A stretch of 55,725 nt of DNA from a virus (IMGVR_UViG_3300046001_005126:1-55725), one strand, 5' to 3'. Positions 45,846 through 54,816 are shown, counted from the stretch's first letter. Numbers and translations: made by a program. The notes: generated from the letters alone by a model not told the origin.

Positions 45846-46167
45846 AATCAACCCGGAATGGCTGAACTATTCGCCGGATGACTTCAGCGGATTGCCCGTT
45901 ATTATTCTGCTGAAACAGGCTGGCGTGTTCGGTCGAGACTGGCGGGAATTCTGGATCACACTGTACACCGAGGATGTTCTTGTGGATGCCGAAGAAGTCA
46001 AACTGATGGACCGGCTCCATCATGCGTATGTCGTCGCCATCAGGTCGCGGCGCGATGAAGTGATGACTGAACTGCATCGCGTGGATGTTCCTGTCGGCAA
46101 TATCGACGATCCCGGGAATGCCCTGATTGCTGCGTCACTTTATGAAAAACGAATGAGGGGGGTTTGA
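45838..46167 (+). CDS. Hypothetical protein
   Basis: aaggag RBS; in operon. Confidence 0.65.
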   Translation: MVKINPEWLNYSPDDFSGLPVIILLKQAGVFGRDWREFWITLYTEDVLVDAEEVKLMDRLHHAYVVAIRSRRDEVMTELHRVDVPVGNIDDPGNALIAASLYEKRMRGV

Positions 46168-46409
46168 TGTCCAACACCAGAGTAATCGTCACCGAAGAAG
46201 CCGGCGTCTTCCGGCTCCGAACTGAACGCGGATTCGTCCTGGGGCCGAGGTTGTACTCGGCAAATCCAGAGGACGGAAAGGTTCTGCCGGGACTGCAGGA
46301 CGAGTTCCCAAATAAACTGGCGGCGACTCGCGCTGCTATGGACTGGAATGTTTACCTGCTCTACGCATGGCAAAAACGCTCAAAAAAACGCGAGAGATCC
46401 GCCGACTAA
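46164..46409 (+). CDS. Hypothetical protein
   Basis: Coupled to the upstream stop. Confidence 0.6.
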   Translation: MMSNTRVIVTEEAGVFRLRTERGFVLGPRLYSANPEDGKVLPGLQDEFPNKLAATRAAMDWNVYLLYAWQKRSKKRERSAD

Positions 46410-46520
46410 CCAAAAACAACTTTTCCAGAATAATTTTACTACTGTTGTTCTTGACATTGTGTTAGGAATGACGATGATGTGCGTGCGTCATGTGTTTTTG
46501 AACTTTGAAGGAGATTGGTT

Positions 46521-46934
46521 ATGGGAATTCGATTGGAAGCTGGCAAGCGTTATGTGACTCGCAGTGGCTGGATTACTCCGCCGCTGTGCGAAGACATGGA
46601 AGCTGATTCCGACAGCAGCATGCGGTTCTACGCCGGGGCTGATTCGTGGAATGTTGATGGTGGGGTATTTCAGGTACTGGAAGATGACGGCGATCTGATC
46701 TCCGAGTTCACTGTCGTCGCGCCAGTTGTCAACGTGCCGGACGATCACGAGTCTCTGATCCTGGCGAAGATGACTCTCTACGGAGGATCATTCGTAAAGG
46801 CTCTGGCCGCTGCGTATCCGCTTGCAGGTGCCGACAATCGCCAGATCATCCGTAACTCATTCGCAGATTACTGGGTGAGATACGCTGAACTCGCTGAAGT
46901 CGAAGTCGAACTTTCAAATGGGGATTCACTATGA
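46521..46934 (+). CDS. Hypothetical protein
   Basis: gaaggag RBS, TTGACA at 46451; LEAGKRYVTRSG...DLISE and YGGSFVKALA segments. Confidence 0.7.
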   Translation: MGIRLEAGKRYVTRSGWITPPLCEDMEADSDSSMRFYAGADSWNVDGGVFQVLEDDGDLISEFTVVAPVVNVPDDHESLILAKMTLYGGSFVKALAAAYPLAGADNRQIIRNSFADYWVRYAELAEVEVELSNGDSL

Positions 46935-47161
46935 ACACAATCACCTGGGAATTTCTCTCGTCCATCGGGTTCTCCGTCGAGCCCAACAACACTCTCTTCC
47001 ATTGGCCTTCGTCGCCTGATGTGAAGATCGAGATCGTCGGCAAGGGTGCTGACCAGCGTGTCGTCTGCCTGATTGGTCGGAAGACACAGTTGCACCTGAG
47101 TCGCCGTGAAGATGTGGTAGATCTGGTTCGCCTGCTGAAGAAGGGGGTCGCTGATGATTGA
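46931..47161 (+). CDS. Hypothetical protein
   Basis: ATGA coupling. Confidence 0.6.
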   Translation: MNTITWEFLSSIGFSVEPNNTLFHWPSSPDVKIEIVGKGADQRVVCLIGRKTQLHLSRREDVVDLVRLLKKGVADD

Positions 47162-47369
47162 GATTTATCGGGGATGGGAGATTCGGGAAGCCGACGTGTA
47201 CTACTTCGACTTCCAGCGTTTTCAGGCAACACAGGTGGGATACGGCGCCTCCTACGAAGGACCAGAGGACGGTTGGGTCGGTTCTGGGCCTGTACTGAAC
47301 GACTCCACGGTGGAGAATCTGAAGAAAGAAATTGACTGCTGGATTGAGGAGAATTCTGATGCTGAATGA
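47154..47369 (+). CDS. Hypothetical acidic protein
   Basis: Overlapping coupling; YRGWEI start. Confidence 0.6.
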   Translation: MIEIYRGWEIREADVYYFDFQRFQATQVGYGASYEGPEDGWVGSGPVLNDSTVENLKKEIDCWIEENSDAE

Positions 47370-47583
47370 ACATGATGAATCCGCGTTTCCCGTGGAAGTC
47401 GGACAGACTTGTGATGATCTGCGGGGGATGAGTTTGCTCGATTGGTTTGCAGGACAGGCTTTAACAGGGCTTCTTTCTGATGGCGACCCTGATCCGAGCC
47501 ATTCGGAGTTTGCAACTGGTGCTTATCAAATCGCTGACGCAATGATGAACGAAAGGAAACGACGCAATGACGAACGAAAATAA
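47359..47583 (+). CDS. Conserved small phage protein (GMSLxDxFA family)
   Basis: AFP...GMSLLDWFAGQAL...AYQIADAMM.ER. Confidence 0.8.
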   Translation: MLNEHDESAFPVEVGQTCDDLRGMSLLDWFAGQALTGLLSDGDPDPSHSEFATGAYQIADAMMNERKRRNDERK

Positions 47584-48193
47584 GCCGGTATTCACCGGAG
47601 AAGTCGAGGACTGGGTTACGCAGGATGTCCTGCCGCGACGTGTTTCCATCGATGAATATCGGTGGATAATGAGAACAGGAACTGTTTCGTCATGGGGTAT
47701 GACTCTGATTGAACCGAAGATGAGAGACGATATCTCTCACGGGTATATCGACTGCCACGGCGCACGACTGGAAGTCCGCTGCAAACGCAAAGATCACCCT
47801 GTTCTCGGAAAGGTCGGAAGCCGGTTCATCTCACAGCACGAACTGAACGCCGAGCCACGAACTCGTGCATGGACATTCGGGACTCCGGCGCAGACGGGGC
47901 ACTTCCTGATTTCGTTTCTGGATCCTGCTCTTGGAAGTCAGGAAATAGCTGCAACGTCAATCTGGAACGTCAATGAACAGTTCGGAGAAACCAGATTCTG
48001 GTTCATCTACCTCGGGCAAACCTCTGACTTCGCTGATCCTGTTGTCCAGAAGGCTAAGTACACTCTGCTCAGTCACACCGCTGAGCCGTTCTCGAAGTGG
48101 TGCAAAGATCCCGCTGATGTTCAGGAAAAACTGGATCTCGGCTGGATCATCGTCAAAGAACAGGAAATGCAAGTACCGGAGTGGGACCGATGA
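47567..48193 (+). CDS. Hypothetical protein
   Basis: aaagga RBS; 208 aa. Confidence 0.65.
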   Translation: MTNENKPVFTGEVEDWVTQDVLPRRVSIDEYRWIMRTGTVSSWGMTLIEPKMRDDISHGYIDCHGARLEVRCKRKDHPVLGKVGSRFISQHELNAEPRTRAWTFGTPAQTGHFLISFLDPALGSQEIAATSIWNVNEQFGETRFWFIYLGQTSDFADPVVQKAKYTLLSHTAEPFSKWCKDPADVQEKLDLGWIIVKEQEMQVPEWDR

Positions 48194-48396
48194 GCGTACC
48201 TGATGTCGACAAAGCGTTTGTTGCCGGGATCCTCTTCGGAGGTTTCATCTTTCTGGCCTTCGGTACGATCATCGTTGGTGCAATCAACAGCCAATGGAAA
48301 TCCGAAGCCATCGAACATCAGGCGGCTCGCTACAACGAGTCGTCCGGTGAATTCGAATGGATCGACCCAGAAGTGAAAACGAAGGCCAAGCCATGA
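48190..48396 (+). CDS. Single-TM membrane protein
   Basis: AFVAGILFGGFIFLAFGTIIVG; A.Y...GEFEW tail. Confidence 0.7.
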   Translation: MSVPDVDKAFVAGILFGGFIFLAFGTIIVGAINSQWKSEAIEHQAARYNESSGEFEWIDPEVKTKAKP

Positions 48397-48602
48397 GTCT
48401 CCACGATGCCTCTGAGTGCCCAGCGACCGGAAAACGTCGCTGGGGTACTCGTCCCAAAGCTGTCACCGAACTCCGGCTCATTCAGGGACGATCCCGACGC
48501 GGATGCGTCCCGCAACGAGTCTACTTCTGCAAAATGTGTAACGGGTGGCATCTCACCCACGAAGCCAAACATCGGCCTCTGAAGGATCTGGAAAATGACT
48601 GA
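48393..48602 (+). CDS. Small Zn-finger-like phage protein
   Basis: CPATGK ... RVYFCKMCNGWHLT. Confidence 0.75.
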   Translation: MSLHDASECPATGKRRWGTRPKAVTELRLIQGRSRRGCVPQRVYFCKMCNGWHLTHEAKHRPLKDLEND

Positions 48603-48873
48603 GAAACAGTTTCCTCATGACAATTTCGAACACGCAGACAACAGAATCATGAAAGACCTTCACAGGTCGCCTCGAGTGATTGTTGTGGAGGAATGGCGAG
48701 ACGGGCAGTGTTCGTTCGGTGAGCTTAGTTCGGACGGACATGTCGAAGATACGACACTCATCGGCAAAGTGCTGGAATACGCAGAACGGCGACTCAAGCT
48801 GGATATTCTCGCCGGTCAGTTTGAAGTCGACGGCATCAAGTATGTGTTTGTTGGGCAAAGAGCGAAGGAGTAA
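48595..48873 (+). CDS. Hypothetical protein
   Basis: In-operon overlap. Confidence 0.6.
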   Translation: MTEKQFPHDNFEHADNRIMKDLHRSPRVIVVEEWRDGQCSFGELSSDGHVEDTTLIGKVLEYAERRLKLDILAGQFEVDGIKYVFVGQRAKE

Positions 48874-48877
48874 TCTG

Positions 48878-49693
48878 ATGGGCGATTTAACTCAACCGCT
48901 GAAGTGGCATGGAGGCAAGGGTGCCTTCAATGGCAAACTTGCCAAGTGGATTATCTCACTCATGCCGTCTCACCTGCACTACGTCGAACCATACTTTGGC
49001 GGAGGCGCTGTCCTCCTGCACAAAGACCCTGAAGGAGTTTCGGAAGTCGTCAATGATCTCGATAAAGATCTCACCAACTTCTGGCGTGTGCTGGCGCAGA
49101 CTCCTGACCGAATGCTGCGGGCTCTCTGGGGGGCTCCGTTCTCCGAAGTGGAATTCGACAATGCCGTCAAAGATCTCGCCGATTCTGATGCTGTGCGAAG
49201 GGCGACAGCGTTCTTTATCCGCTGCCGACAGTCCCGCCAAGGACTCCAGAAGGACTTCGCAACTCTCAGCCGCAACCGGACGCGAGGTGGCATGAACGAA
49301 CAAGTCTCCGCCTGGTTGACTGCAGTCGACGGATTACCAGATGTGCATGAGCGACTGAAGCGGGTCGTTGTCCTGAACCGCGATGCACTGGATGTGATTA
49401 AGCAGCAGGATAGCGAGAATACCTGCTTCTACCTCGATCCTCCGTACCTTCATGGCACGAGAGTCACCACGAAGGACTATAAGCATGAGATGACGATTCA
49501 CGACCATGCCGACTTGCACCGATGCCTCTTCAAGATCAAAGGAAAGTTCCTGCTGAGCGGATATCCGCACGAATTGTACGACAAAGGCGCAATTGCCGGT
49601 GGCTGGAAGCGTCATGAGTTCAAAATCGCGAACAATGCCAGTGGAGCCGACGTAAAAGAGATCAAAACTGAGTGCGTTTGGACAAACTTCTGA
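48878..49693 (+). CDS. DNA adenine methyltransferase (Dam/D12 class)
   Basis: LKWHGGK, YVEPYFGGGAV, VVND, FYLDPPY. Confidence 0.93.
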   Translation: MGDLTQPLKWHGGKGAFNGKLAKWIISLMPSHLHYVEPYFGGGAVLLHKDPEGVSEVVNDLDKDLTNFWRVLAQTPDRMLRALWGAPFSEVEFDNAVKDLADSDAVRRATAFFIRCRQSRQGLQKDFATLSRNRTRGGMNEQVSAWLTAVDGLPDVHERLKRVVVLNRDALDVIKQQDSENTCFYLDPPYLHGTRVTTKDYKHEMTIHDHADLHRCLFKIKGKFLLSGYPHELYDKGAIAGGWKRHEFKIANNASGADVKEIKTECVWTNF

Positions 49694-49704
49694 AGGAAAT
49701 GACC

Positions 49705-50268
49705 ATGGGCGAAATGACGTACAACAAACTCTCCGGATGGGTCAAAGTCGACGGAGTTCGCGTTGGACAAAACCGACCGACGGGCAGAGTGCTTCGTATT
49801 CCGATGGAACAGAAGTATCAGGGACTTCCGGCACACAAAGTCGTGAAGGAAGAACTCTGGATCTGGGAAAACGAAACCGCAATGGCGCCCGTCGGTGATA
49901 TTGTGCATCTGAATGGCGATCCGTTCGATAATCGATGGCGGAACCTGCGGGATCAGGACGGGTTGGAGGTTGAGGCGAAGGATGAACAGTGGCTCCGGTT
50001 CTTCCTGAGGTTGGCGTCCGGAGCGATGGCTGTCGAGTATCTGCAGAAGACCGGACAGCTCGTCGATAACTCCGACGGCGAAGAGCGTGGGCGGAATGTT
50101 GTGAAGATGGTCGATGACAGGCCGGTCGTCTTCTGGGCCGGTGAATGGTTCGCTGCGGAGGATGTCGCGTATTTTTTGGCGACTGGCGTTTGGCCGGAAC
50201 GCGGGGTTCGGCAGGTTAACGGAGAGTTTTGCGATCTTAGGTTGGCGAATTTGAGGAGGATTGTGTGA
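49705..50268 (+). CDS. Protein with two degenerate HNH-like modules
   Basis: IVHLNGDPFDNRWRNLR and VRQVNGEFCDLRLANLR. Confidence 0.65.
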   Translation: MGEMTYNKLSGWVKVDGVRVGQNRPTGRVLRIPMEQKYQGLPAHKVVKEELWIWENETAMAPVGDIVHLNGDPFDNRWRNLRDQDGLEVEAKDEQWLRFFLRLASGAMAVEYLQKTGQLVDNSDGEERGRNVVKMVDDRPVVFWAGEWFAAEDVAYFLATGVWPERGVRQVNGEFCDLRLANLRRIV

Positions 50269-50423
50269 TGAAGTGGCTCCTTCGGGAACTCGCTATCCTT
50301 GTCATCAGCGTTGTTATTCTTGTGCCGCTGCTGCTCGTCATCGCTGCCTGTGTTCCTTTTGCGGCGATGTGGGCGATGATGTTCGATTGGGATCTGAAGG
50401 AGGAGATTATCCGTGAGAAATAG
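50268..50423 (+). CDS. Small membrane protein, 51 aa (not in ORF track)
   Basis: MKWLLRELAILVISVVILVPLLLVIAACVPFAAMW...; gaggagg RBS. Confidence 0.65.
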   Translation: MKWLLRELAILVISVVILVPLLLVIAACVPFAAMWAMMFDWDLKEEIIREK

Positions 50424-50724
50424 TTCCATGAACTCTTCTGCTGCCTCGATATCAGCGGAGGTCGCTGGCGTGACTCTTAGCGATTGGCTCCGGGTGCAGT
50501 GTGGCAGCGAAGGAATGCTGTGGCAGGAACTGATCTACTGCTCCTGGCCTGAGTCGTTTGCGAATACCTCCGGGCCGTTCTTTGGGATCGGAGGACAATC
50601 GATAACAACCTTCCGCATGGAAGCGTGGTGCTGGGAACAGTGGGCTGTGATCTTTTGTAATGGTCGGTTTGTGAAGTGTGGTGAATTTCAGATTCAGGCT
50701 GAATGGGAAGGGAGAGGGAAATGA
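50413..50724 (+). CDS. Hypothetical protein
   Basis: aggag RBS; WPESFANTSGPFFGIGGQSIT motif. Confidence 0.65.
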   Translation: MRNSSMNSSAASISAEVAGVTLSDWLRVQCGSEGMLWQELIYCSWPESFANTSGPFFGIGGQSITTFRMEAWCWEQWAVIFCNGRFVKCGEFQIQAEWEGRGK

Positions 50725-50969
50725 CGGTTTATTACGTTGAACTTTACGCAGAATTCAAAGAACAAGTGATTACCGCTCTTGTGCAAAAACACATGATTCA
50801 GCAAGTGACGTTCGATCGGGATGGCTACATGACAATCAGTGACCTGATCCCGAAGTCACTGAATAAGAAAATTATTCTCGCCGCAGTAACGTGGAATGAG
50901 GCAATCGGCGATGCCAGAGACAAACTACAAAAACTTGTGATCGAACTCGGAAAGAATGAGTCACCCTAA
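50721..50969 (+). CDS. Hypothetical protein
   Basis: ATGA and TAATG coupling. Confidence 0.6.
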   Translation: MTVYYVELYAEFKEQVITALVQKHMIQQVTFDRDGYMTISDLIPKSLNKKIILAAVTWNEAIGDARDKLQKLVIELGKNESP

Positions 50970-53185
50970 TGGTAGAGACGCATGTTGTAGTAGGTATAGC
51001 AGGCGCTGGAAAGACACAAAAAGGAATGGAAGTCCTTGAGGAGCGTCTTCGTGGCGGTCTGAAGTGGCATCAGGTGGGATATAGTAGTTTCAGTCGATCC
51101 GCGTGTCTCGAAGCGGCTCAGAGGGCCTCTCGGCTCACTGGCGTCGATTGTGATCGATTGCAGAAGGAAGGTTTCTTCAGAACGATACATTCTTCGGTTC
51201 TACGCTTGTTGGGACTGGATCCAAAGTGTATCTTGGATCACGACTCGGCTGAAGGCCGGAAGTTTATGACGGAAGTTCTCGGGGCTCCCAGAGGTGGTGA
51301 GACTGGAACTCTGTCGGCAAAAATTGATGATGCATTGAACTGGTGGGATCTGACGCGGGCTCGACTGACCCGTCTAAAACAGATCGATGACCCCGTAGGG
51401 GTATACAAAACCAGCGATCACCCTGATCACCCAAGATCAGCCTCCGTGCGCCCGCATTTTGGGGTGGGCGCACGCACTTTTTCCAATGAAAACACAGGGT
51501 TTTCTGAAGCTCCGAATAATATTCTACCTATAGGAGGTATTTTTAATTCAGAATTATCCCTACATGCTCCTATACGCGAAATTGTTTTTCCGGGTGAGCG
51601 AGGTGTAACATGTGATAAAAAATGGCCTTATATGCAGGATATTTTACGTTCAGGCACTGGGTGGCGGTTGGGTGGCGGTGGGTCTGCAGGTGAGCGCAAA
51701 AACGGCGAAATAAGGCCAGATTGCGATAAGATGCGTAGCTTTGGAGAGATAGTGACAAAATACGAGACTCAGAAGCGAGTCTGGGGGAAGCTGGACTTTT
51801 GTGACCTGCTGTTCAAGTATGCAGGTCTTCGAGTCGACGAGAACCTCGAGTTTCAGGAAACGTACCCGGAAGGATCTGTTCCGGCTGAAATTGATTTGTG
51901 GATCATCGACGAGTTTCAGGATTGCTCGAGCATCTTGGATCGCTGCTGCCAGAGGCTCGCAGAGGCTGCTAGAGAGCTTTGGCTGCTCGGGGACGTATAT
52001 CAGTCCGTCTACGGATTCAGTGGCTCTGAGTGGCAAATAATGCGATCAAGGGAGTTGCAGGCCAAAGAAGAAGGAAAACGTGTAGTTCTGAACAGGTCTT
52101 GGAGGAATCCGGAACCAGTGATTGAGTGGGGCGAAGACATCCTGAGGAGAGATCCGCAGTATGAGTCAAGGGAGGCGGTTAGCGAGACTGGAGAAGGAAC
52201 CACTGGTTTGGTGGAATGGAAGGAATTAGTAAGATTACTGCCGCTGCTGGTGAATTCAGACACGATGGTCCTGAGTCGCACATGGTTTAACCTTGGGAAG
52301 GTTACGCAGTTTCTGGACTCTGCGGGGATTCCGTGGAAGTCGATTCAGGAGAAGATGAAGTCTCGATGGGAATCGCCGGTCCAGATTGCCTTCGTGCTGG
52401 TGATGAGGGATTTGAGGGACGGGAAGAGGATCTCAGAACAGGACTGGCGGAGAGTCACCGAGGAACTCCCTCAGAAGATGGATGGGAAGGAATTGTTCGT
52501 CCGTGGGGCGAAGGCGAAGTGGAAGAAGACCGAATGCAGCCAGGAGTTGAAGCGGACGTTGGATGAACTCGAGGAGTGGGGCGCTGGGCCGGAGTTTGCA
52601 GAGTTCATCAGGAGTGAGCGATGGCGAGTCGACAAGGTACTGCTGCTGGATCAGGCAATCGACCGATTCGGAATCGACTGCGTCAGAGATCCCGGGCTGC
52701 GACTGGGATCCTGTCACTCAGCGAAAGGACTCGGCGCTCGAAATGTGTTCGTGCTTGCCTCGAGTACTGAGAAGGCATCAGGGGCTGCAGTGGACTTCTA
52801 TGAAGACCTGTTCCTGAAGTATGTTGCCATTACCAGAACCAGAGAGAACTACAGACTGGTGGTCGACCAGATGGACTTGGCGCGAGGAAAGCCGATGTTC
52901 TGGGCGGCTCCAAAGGGATTCAGAGAGTTCATCAGCTTGCCGGAAGGAGCGTTTCGTGAAAGAGAGCGACATACAGACGAAGATTTTGAGATGGGCGGAG
53001 AAGTTGCCGGAAGTCTGGATCGTGAAGTATCCGGGGGGAACCTACGGTCGGAAGGGAGTCCCGGATCTGCTGCTGTCAGTGAAGGGGAAGTTCCTCGCGA
53101 TCGAGGTGAAAAAACCCGGAGGAAAACCGACTCAGATGCAGTTGATGGAGCAGGAGAAGATTCGTATGACTGGATCTCGATCTGA
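50969..53185 (+). CDS. UvrD/Rep-like SF1 helicase with large in-frame insertion
   Basis: GIAGAGKT, RTIHS, IDEFQD, GDVYQSVYGFSG, LNRSWR, HSAKGL, YVAITR. Confidence 0.9.
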   Translation: MVETHVVVGIAGAGKTQKGMEVLEERLRGGLKWHQVGYSSFSRSACLEAAQRASRLTGVDCDRLQKEGFFRTIHSSVLRLLGLDPKCILDHDSAEGRKFMTEVLGAPRGGETGTLSAKIDDALNWWDLTRARLTRLKQIDDPVGVYKTSDHPDHPRSASVRPHFGVGARTFSNENTGFSEAPNNILPIGGIFNSELSLHAPIREIVFPGERGVTCDKKWPYMQDILRSGTGWRLGGGGSAGERKNGEIRPDCDKMRSFGEIVTKYETQKRVWGKLDFCDLLFKYAGLRVDENLEFQETYPEGSVPAEIDLWIIDEFQDCSSILDRCCQRLAEAARELWLLGDVYQSVYGFSGSEWQIMRSRELQAKEEGKRVVLNRSWRNPEPVIEWGEDILRRDPQYESREAVSETGEGTTGLVEWKELVRLLPLLVNSDTMVLSRTWFNLGKVTQFLDSAGIPWKSIQEKMKSRWESPVQIAFVLVMRDLRDGKRISEQDWRRVTEELPQKMDGKELFVRGAKAKWKKTECSQELKRTLDELEEWGAGPEFAEFIRSERWRVDKVLLLDQAIDRFGIDCVRDPGLRLGSCHSAKGLGARNVFVLASSTEKASGAAVDFYEDLFLKYVAITRTRENYRLVVDQMDLARGKPMFWAAPKGFREFISLPEGAFRERERHTDEDFEMGGEVAGSLDREVSGGNLRSEGSPGSAAVSEGEVPRDRGEKTRRKTDSDAVDGAGEDSYDWISI

Positions 53186-53246
53186 GATCGTTGAGAGCTT
53201 TGTTGAGGCGAAGTTGATTATTTTGGAGGTGTTGAATGGTGAGTAA
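52956..53246 (+). CDS. VRR-NUC domain (PD-(D/E)xK) nuclease
   Basis: MKESDIQ..I, GVPDL, IEVKKPGGKPT..Q; gaaggag RBS before GTG. Confidence 0.9.
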   Translation: MKESDIQTKILRWAEKLPEVWIVKYPGGTYGRKGVPDLLLSVKGKFLAIEVKKPGGKPTQMQLMEQEKIRMTGSRSEIVESFVEAKLIILEVLNGE

Positions 53247-53640
53247 ACCAAATGTTCCTGCTGATGGGCTGAAGTGGATTGCATCGCGAAGTCACTTCAA
53301 GGTCTGGATAAAGGTGCTGAATGGGCACAAATTTGTCGGATGCTTCAAAACATTCGAAGATGCTTACGCTGCCAGAAAACAGGCGACTATCGAATATCTT
53401 GAGAAAAGAAGTCTCACTGGAGAGCGTAGGACACTTCAAAAACCAGTAAAAAACAGCAAGAGCGGAGTCACTGGAGTGAGATGGAACGAAAAAAGGCAGA
53501 GATGGCAAGCATTAGTGAAGGTTGACAAGAAACAGATCCATCTCGGGTTCTTCGTCGAGAAGGACGCTGCCATTGCTGCGAGACAAGCAGCCAACGTAAA
53601 GTACGGGTTCTTTCCCAGTGAGAAGACCGGAGAAAAATGA
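53236..53640 (+). CDS. AP2-like DNA-binding domain protein (no HNH)
   Basis: Two AP2-like units: VGCFKTFEDAYAARK and SGVTGVRW...WQA...LGFF...AIAAR. Confidence 0.78.
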   Translation: MVSKPNVPADGLKWIASRSHFKVWIKVLNGHKFVGCFKTFEDAYAARKQATIEYLEKRSLTGERRTLQKPVKNSKSGVTGVRWNEKRQRWQALVKVDKKQIHLGFFVEKDAAIAARQAANVKYGFFPSEKTGEK

Positions 53641-53972
53641 TGGATTCCCTGAACGACCTGTCTAACTATCGAACCGTCGGCTTAATGGGGCGGCTCATGA
53701 AACAGGGGAAACGCTGGGAAACCACGCCGGAGATCAGGAATAAGTCGCTTGAATTGATCGGCGATGTGATTGATGACTCGAGCGAAAACGTCGCAAACCG
53801 CCTGAAAGCCGTCGATCTGCTGCTGAAGTGCGAAGCCCAGAATATGCTGGATGACAAGGTGTCGCTTGAGTTGGCTGGCGGCGGCGGAGAGGTGGAACAG
53901 CCGAAGGTTATTCTTATCTTGCCGCCGAATAATTCGGAGACTTCTGCTACTGTGGGTGAGTTCGGCGCATGA
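53637..53972 (+). CDS. Possible terminase small subunit
   Basis: 111 aa helical; RLKAVDLL and C-terminal VILILPPN strand resemble small terminases; not adjacent to terL. Confidence 0.45.
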   Translation: MMDSLNDLSNYRTVGLMGRLMKQGKRWETTPEIRNKSLELIGDVIDDSSENVANRLKAVDLLLKCEAQNMLDDKVSLELAGGGGEVEQPKVILILPPNNSETSATVGEFGA

Positions 53973-54242
53973 AAAAACCCGAGTGATGAGTTCGGGTTCA
54001 GTGAATTCAGTGTGATGACTAACTCAACGAATCAAAGCTAATCCCTGGCGACTCTTGCCTCCGGGGAACAGGGGCATCCCATGGGAATCCGTGGGTCCGG
54101 CGATAGAAGTGCAACAACGCCGTTTTGTCGTTCGGGCATTCTGCCATAACGCCGAAACAATGCAAGCGAAGAATCCGACGTGCCTCTGCTGCTACCTTGC
54201 ACACCGGAGCATCAGGTGGTAGCATCCCGCAAGGAGGCTACT

Positions 54243-54710
54243 ATGATTTCGATTGAGACACTTCGTGAAAAGTATTCGTACAACCCTGAGACCGGCGAGA
54301 TCAGGAATCGCAAACTGGGATTCGCGATTACGAATCGATGCAAGAACCGCAACACACACTATCAGTATCTGAAGGTTGGCGAATCGATAGTTTCAGCTCA
54401 TCGCGCAGCCTGGGCTATGCATCATGGAGAGTGGCCGAACGGTCAGATTGATCATCGAGACGGCGATGGAATGAACAACCGGATCGACAATCTCAGAGAT
54501 GCTACGCACTCGCAGAACCAGAGGAATCAGCGACTCCACGCAAGGAATAAGACCGGGGTTCGCGGTGTCTGCCTCTGCAAGAGGACTGGCAGATGGCAGG
54601 CACTGATATGGGATGGAAACGGGAAGAGGGTTTTCATCGGTCGCTTCGAGACCATTGAAGCCGCCGCTGCTGCTCGCAAAGAAGCTGAGTTGAAGTATTG
54701 GGTCGAGTGA
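54243..54710 (+). CDS. HNH endonuclease with AP2-like domain
   Basis: YNPETG, AHRAAW, IDHRDGDGMNNRIDNLR, NKTGVRGV; aaggagg RBS. Confidence 0.92.
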   Translation: MISIETLREKYSYNPETGEIRNRKLGFAITNRCKNRNTHYQYLKVGESIVSAHRAAWAMHHGEWPNGQIDHRDGDGMNNRIDNLRDATHSQNQRNQRLHARNKTGVRGVCLCKRTGRWQALIWDGNGKRVFIGRFETIEAAAAARKEAELKYWVE

Positions 54711-54775
54711 CCTGCATCTGCTGCCGACCTGCCTCTGCTGGTGACCCGCCTCTGCTGCTGACCCGCCTCTGCTGC
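54708..54775 (+). repeat. Four tandem 17-bp repeats (consensus tgacccgcctctgctgc)
   Basis: Copies at 54708, 54725, 54742, 54759; an outlying copy at 54176-54192. Confidence 0.9.
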
Positions 54776-54816
54776 TGGGCCGTGAATCCCGGCCCATACC
54801 GGACAACCGGATATCC

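Noticed and set aside
51385-51735. Intein or self-splicing intron in the helicase
   Set aside because: No N-terminal C/S plus C-terminal HN splice motifs or LAGLIDADG blocks, and the frame is uninterrupted.
54708-54775. Possible mini-CRISPR array
   Set aside because: 17-bp units are contiguous with no spacers.
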